The position numbers were made by a program, and so were the translations under genes. DNA of 64,000 nucleotides. Origin: Calditrichales bacterium. Its GTDB lineage: Bacteria > Calditrichota > Calditrichia > Calditrichales > J004. The DNA lies in assembly GCA_965267575.1 (NCBI GenBank), contig OZ254086.1, positions 2,912,001 through 2,976,000 on the forward strand, given 5' to 3'. The notes below the pieces were generated by a model. The model did not search any database and was not told the origin of the DNA. It worked only from the letters and a program-made list of their open reading frames with translations. The first letter of the stretch is position 1. The number at the start of each line of letters is the position of its first letter. This document shows, one piece after another, positions 60,501 to 64,000 of this stretch.

Positions 60501-61355
60501 GTTATCCGCGCCCAACTCAATATCAGCTACGGCATACGGGTGTGTATTGCCGCCACCGTCTTGCACATGATAGTCCGGCAGTACCTGTGTAAAGGTGAGG
60601 CCGCCGTCATCGGAGCGCCACAAACCGGTTTGATTAAAGCCGTGCCATCCGAAATTGTAGCCGCCTTCTATGGCCGCATAAAGTACACTGGTTCCGCTCT
60701 CGTCACGCACAACCAGGTCATTCACAAAATTAAAACCTGTTGTCGATTGCAGCCGTTGCCAGGTGCTGCCACCGTTGCTGCTCTTCCAGATGCCTTCACC
60801 GCGACTGTCACCCGTGTACCACCATTCGCCGGTTCCCACGTAAAATACCTGTGTGTCGTTGGGATCGTAGGCAATCGCTGTAATCCCGATGGCATCCCAG
60901 AAGTCATCCACCTTGGTCCATTGGGCGCTGCCGCTGGTAATATCATTGATGTACCACAAACCGCCGGTTACACCGCCTGCCCAAACCTTGTTGGTTGTAT
61001 TGGGGTCCCACATCAGCGCGCGCGTGCGACCGCCAACGTTATCGGGGCCGCGTTCTGTCCATTGAGCCGAAGCCAGGGCCGATTTCTGCAGACTCTGTTT
61101 TTTTGCCTGTTCGCGCTGCAACATAATTTCCCGCGCTTTACGCAAACGCTGTGAGGGTATGTAACCCAGGCTGCGGTCGGCGGTTTTTTCAAACTCCTGT
61201 TCATAAAGATCACGCAGCATCTGCTGTTTGGTAAAGGGCTTATTCCGGGGCTTGCGTTCAACAATCTCAACGCCGTCGTCAAAAGCAATCAGAAATACAA
61301 AAATAGCTACAATGGCCAGGGCCGTTATGGCCGCGGCCGGCTTAAGAATTCGCAT
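57570..61355 (-). CDS. Large secreted BNR beta-propeller (VPS10/GH74-like) + PKD protein with C-terminal sorting domain
   Basis: WTERGPDNVGGRTRAL, many S.DGG..W Asp-boxes, HADQH, ATHGRG, WSWDFGDG (PKD), LPVQLSAF, QNYPNPFNPSTTI...RKMMLMK. Confidence 0.85.
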   Translation of the reverse strand: MRILKPAAAITALAIVAIFVFLIAFDDGVEIVERKPRNKPFTKQQMLRDLYEQEFEKTADRSLGYIPSQRLRKAREIMLQREQAKKQSLQKSALASAQWTERGPDNVGGRTRALMWDPNTTNKVWAGGVTGGLWYINDITSGSAQWTKVDDFWDAIGITAIAYDPNDTQVFYVGTGEWWYTGDSRGEGIWKSSNGGSTWQRLQSTTGFNFVNDLVVRDESGTSVLYAAIEGGYNFGWHGFNQTGLWRSDDGGLTFTQVLPDYHVQDGGGNTHPYAVADIELGADNRIYLGTRDNNWGEGGGCILFSDTGLSGSWTVDSLAFGTITGVGRVELSTAPSNANIVYAIIEANNSAVRMSISTNKAASWTTRSLPDDWDPSMGSDFTRGQGWYDLILQSDPNDDQTLYAGGINLFKSTDGAQNWTQISDWNGFFFDYVHADQHQIQFKAGSSSEIIFGTDGGVYYSSDAGGTFAARNNGYNVTQFYACAINPGSGVNQFLAGSQDNGTQRFTSAGMNSTTEATGGDGAYTHIDQNESSYQFTSYVYNNYYRSTNGGSSFTSVDFGNTGYFINPTDYDDINNVFYASHDTSEFLRWDNPQSGSTFTEVAFTELEGGRVSAVTVSPHTAHRVFFGSNNGKIIRADNANATPTFTVLNASAGTPSAYVNCIEIDPDDENHMLAIFSNYGVDNVWETKDGGSTWTSCEGDLPDLPVRWALFDPNNTEQALIATDLGVWSTDRLDGAETRWVPANTGQAHVRTDMLKTRSSDDLVIAATHGRGLYSSDVFSTAQAGFSADKLIAYVGQDIQFTDGSLKATSWSWDFGDGNISTQQHPLHSYNLPGFYTVELTINGGADTETETSYIHVMPSLGTPYQTSDGGDFESNPVHFDSEALTNGLIDVWERGTPGNALTTLNSGSNGWKTRLTEDVPDDNYTSVLYSPSYNFSAAGSYGVQFRKSMEASGANAPFGVYMEYSTDNGDTWTLLGDDISGTNWYDRGANSATEHDVTPHGYAWSGNYSNEITSYDCSFLGGNSFVAFRFVFMMAEGYTSGYNQDGFMIDDFEITGETNDTSLPVQLSAFSVEPMKERLAVELKWETASELQNAYWIIEKSENGGSFEEIARLDGNGTTSEAHTYRHEDMAIRVGSSYSYRLTDVSYSGLRVTHPAVTVDISEQYANSIVPAQYELAQNYPNPFNPSTTIRFALKESGPVKLIVYDISGREVARLLDRNMDAGKHDVAFRADGLSSGLYVYRLITPGFSAARKMMLMK

Positions 61356-61582
61356 AGGGGCTCCGCGTGTTTGAGTTAGGACGGTGGCGACAAAGTTGGC
61401 GAAAATAGGCACGTACATGTGATGACGCAAGCGCGCATGCTGATATGCAAGGTATTGGACAAAAAAAGCTGCTAAATGTCAACAAAAACGAGTCTGAAGT
61501 ACCTTCCAGCGGCCGGCAGCAAGGACCTAAAAAAGTTAAGAAATGAAAAAAATATCTTTGTATCTTAGTTATCAGACGTAAA

Positions 61583-63142
61583 ATGAAATGGACTATGAAA
61601 AAGCTTTTCTCCGCATCAAAATGGCTGCACAAATATTTTGGGCTTGCGCTAATTCTCTATTTTGCCTGGATGGGGCTTTCCGGCATTCTGCTTAATCATC
61701 CGGGGCTGATTTCTTCACTGGCTGTACCCGGGTTTATGGTTCCGCCGCAATATCATGCCCACAACTGGAGCCGCAGCTCCATCACCGATGTCGTCTTCAT
61801 GAAGCAGGACACGACGCGTGTTTTTGCCGCCGGTAAATCAGGCATCTGGCACAGCTGTAATGGCGGTTGGCTCTTTGAACGATGGGATAAAGAGTTTCCG
61901 CAGGCGCCTTTTCTGCGCGAAACATACGACCTGTTTTTGTGGGAGGGCGATTCCTCTATTTTGTTGGCGGCAACCGCCGGCGGTTTATACCGGGCCGAAC
62001 CTGACCGGGCCATTTGGCGAAAAGTTCATCTGGACGGGACCTCGCCGAGTCTCAAAAAAATAATTCTTTTGGACGAAAGGCTTTTGTTGTTCAGCGAAGA
62101 TCACGTTTACAGCTCAGAGGGGTGGCCCGTTGAATGGCACTTCCAAAAGGTCACGCCTGAGCGGCAGGATGCCTCACCAGGTATCCCGATGATCCGCTTT
62201 TTCTTTGCCCTGCACGAAGGCGCCATTTGGGGTCTGCCCGGAAAACTGCTGTTTGATCTGGCCGGGCTGATCCTGTTTTTTCTCTCCGTTTCCGCATTCT
62301 ATTCCTGGTATTTTCCCTGGAAGAGGCAACGCGATAAGCGCCGGGGGCGGCAAAAACCGGCGAGTCTTATGAAGCGCTTTTTTAAGTGGTTTCTGCAATA
62401 TCACCTGAAACTGGGTATCTGGAGCGCAGCGATCCTGTTTATTATCGCCTTTACCGGATTTTTTATGCGTCCGCCGATGTTGGCGGTTTTGGCCGGTAAA
62501 TCGCTTCCTGCTGCCTGGTACCCGGCGCCGCTTCCGGAGAATCCCTGGCAGCACAAAATCCAGAACGCCCTTTACGATCCTGTGGATAACAAAATCATCA
62601 TCGCGGCAACCGACGGTTTCTGGCAGGGGCCGTCCGATTTTTCGCGGCCCTTTGTGAAAACGGAGCTGCAAACGCCCCTGTTCGTAATGGGCGCCACCGT
62701 TTTTGAGGCGGACAGCAGCGGGCTTATGGTCGGCTCTTTCAACGGTCTCTACCGTAAACAGCGAACGTATCCTGCTTTTGATCTGATTGCCTCCGAACCT
62801 GCCGGCGATGTATCCGATATCCGCCTAGGCGAGTATATGATTACCGGCTATTTTGACACACCCGGAGGTGCGCCATATCTCCTGACCCACAGGCAAGGGA
62901 TTCTGCGCGCCGATGGCAGCGCCATCAAAAACGGACGCTTTGCCATGCCCGATGATCCGCGTATTGACAGGATGAGCCTTTGGAAGTGGCTTTTTGAGCT
63001 GCACAATGGCCGCATCTTCCGGGATTTTGTGGGCTCGGTCTATATTCTGATCGCTCCGCTGGGCGCGCTGCTTTTTATGCTGATCACATTGAGCGGGGTT
63101 TACGACTGGCTGGCTCTGAAGTGGCCTTTTTTGCGGCGTTGA
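61583..63142 (+). CDS. PepSY-associated TM helix protein
   Basis: KWLHKYFGL, LHEG, YHLKLG and ELHNGR His-bearing TM helices. Confidence 0.8.
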   Translation: MKWTMKKLFSASKWLHKYFGLALILYFAWMGLSGILLNHPGLISSLAVPGFMVPPQYHAHNWSRSSITDVVFMKQDTTRVFAAGKSGIWHSCNGGWLFERWDKEFPQAPFLRETYDLFLWEGDSSILLAATAGGLYRAEPDRAIWRKVHLDGTSPSLKKIILLDERLLLFSEDHVYSSEGWPVEWHFQKVTPERQDASPGIPMIRFFFALHEGAIWGLPGKLLFDLAGLILFFLSVSAFYSWYFPWKRQRDKRRGRQKPASLMKRFFKWFLQYHLKLGIWSAAILFIIAFTGFFMRPPMLAVLAGKSLPAAWYPAPLPENPWQHKIQNALYDPVDNKIIIAATDGFWQGPSDFSRPFVKTELQTPLFVMGATVFEADSSGLMVGSFNGLYRKQRTYPAFDLIASEPAGDVSDIRLGEYMITGYFDTPGGAPYLLTHRQGILRADGSAIKNGRFAMPDDPRIDRMSLWKWLFELHNGRIFRDFVGSVYILIAPLGALLFMLITLSGVYDWLALKWPFLRR

Positions 63143-63208
63143 ATTTTTTCCTCATCTTAAAAAGTCTCTCGCCGAACATTAGTCAATGCCCATAAGTCTG
63201 AGAATATC

Positions 63209-63706
63209 ATGAAGAAAATCTGCGCCTGGTGTGGAAAAAGCCTGGAATCGATATCTATTGAAAGTGATACTTTCTTCGCCGTTTCCCATGGCATGTGTGA
63301 AGAGTGTGTAAAAAGTTTCTTTACTGAAAAGGGCTATGCTCTGAGACCTTTCCTCGACTCAATTAATGAACCGATCATTGTTGTTGAAAAGAACCACCGC
63401 GTGCGTTGTGCCAATGTCCACGCTGAAGCGCTCCTTGGCCGGCAGATCAAATCGGAACAAACGGTAAAGTTTGGTGACATTGTGGAGTGTGAAAACGCCC
63501 ACCTTCCCGGCGGATGCGGACGTACGGTGCATTGCAGTGGATGCACCATCCGGCTTTGTATTGCCGAGACTTCTCAAAATGGCAAAAAACACGTGCGCGT
63601 TCCGGCCACCATCAAAGGCGATGATCGCGAAAACCCTGAAGTCAGCTTTTTTGTGTCAACCGAAAAAGCGCAGGAATATATCGTCTTGCGGCTGGAAAAA
63701 GCCTGA
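63209..63706 (+). CDS. Stand-alone Cys-rich PAS-like protein
   Basis: CAWC...SHGMCEEC N-terminus; PAS-like LDSINEPIIVV...AN..AEALLG; C.NA....GCG....C.GC..R. Confidence 0.7.
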   Translation: MKKICAWCGKSLESISIESDTFFAVSHGMCEECVKSFFTEKGYALRPFLDSINEPIIVVEKNHRVRCANVHAEALLGRQIKSEQTVKFGDIVECENAHLPGGCGRTVHCSGCTIRLCIAETSQNGKKHVRVPATIKGDDRENPEVSFFVSTEKAQEYIVLRLEKA

Positions 63707-64000
63707 TCAGTTAAGCTCTCTAAGTCCCAAATCCTTTTGCAAAATATTCCTGAAACGCGTAGCGCTGATCGCATGATCAGCCAGTAACCGTCCGTTGTAT
63801 AACAGGTTTACCATTCCGTAAGGCGAGGCCATTCTGGAGCGCCCCTCCCGGGCATCCTCGATTTCCGTTAAGGCAAGCTTTATCCCGAAACGCCCGGCCA
63901 CGGGAGGCAGCTCATTTACTGCTTTGGCGATATAGGGACATTGATTGGTGAAGAGAAGTTCCAGACCCTGCTGGTTTTTTAAGCGCTCCTGCCAGTTTTC
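63707..64000 (-). CDS. YoaP-domain (GNAT-associated) protein, C-terminal part only
   Basis: Frame open from window end: ...LFTNQCPYIAKAV...SPYGMVNLLYNGRLLADHAISATRFRNIL. Confidence 0.7.
   Translation of the reverse strand, partial: ENWQERLKNQQGLELLFTNQCPYIAKAVNELPPVAGRFGIKLALTEIEDAREGRSRMASPYGMVNLLYNGRLLADHAISATRFRNILQKDLGLRELN

Overview
This 64-kb window is mostly core envelope and housekeeping DNA from a diderm bacterium. Secreted proteins ending in 'QNYPNPFN...KKMLL(V/I/M)K' sorting domains, the bat operon and cohesin/PEGA proteins suggest a Calditrichota/KSB1/Ignavibacteria-like lineage (inference). Left to right: an AT-richer PEGA gene plus two cohesin-lipoprotein paralogs; a diguanylate cyclase; sad-yfdC-ubiB-like-yihY divergent from a TamA/TamB pair; a Cache chemoreceptor; an ECF sigma factor fused to a SahR-like SAM-binding domain directly upstream of ahcY; typA; a REP-like cluster; a secreted protein; trkA-trkH bracketed by two copies of a ~220-bp structured repeat; an M48 peptidase with a second TamB/TamA pair; another secreted protein between inverted octamer arrays; a ~17-kb MoxR/DUF58/batABCDE operon carrying an internal GldA/F/G/DUF4340 ABC module and a Rof-like gene; then TauE, an M50-CBS protease, a large secreted propeller/PKD protein, a PepSY-TM protein, a Cys-rich PAS protein and a partial YoaP/GNAT gene. 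The best candidate for an undescribed system is the sigma-SahR-sensor fusion, a putative SAM-sensing sigma factor for the methyl cycle. Second is a dispersed family of modular 6/8-bp tandem-repeat elements at gene junctions. No rRNA, tRNA, CRISPR array or transposase was seen. All family assignments come from motif recognition by eye, with no database search.
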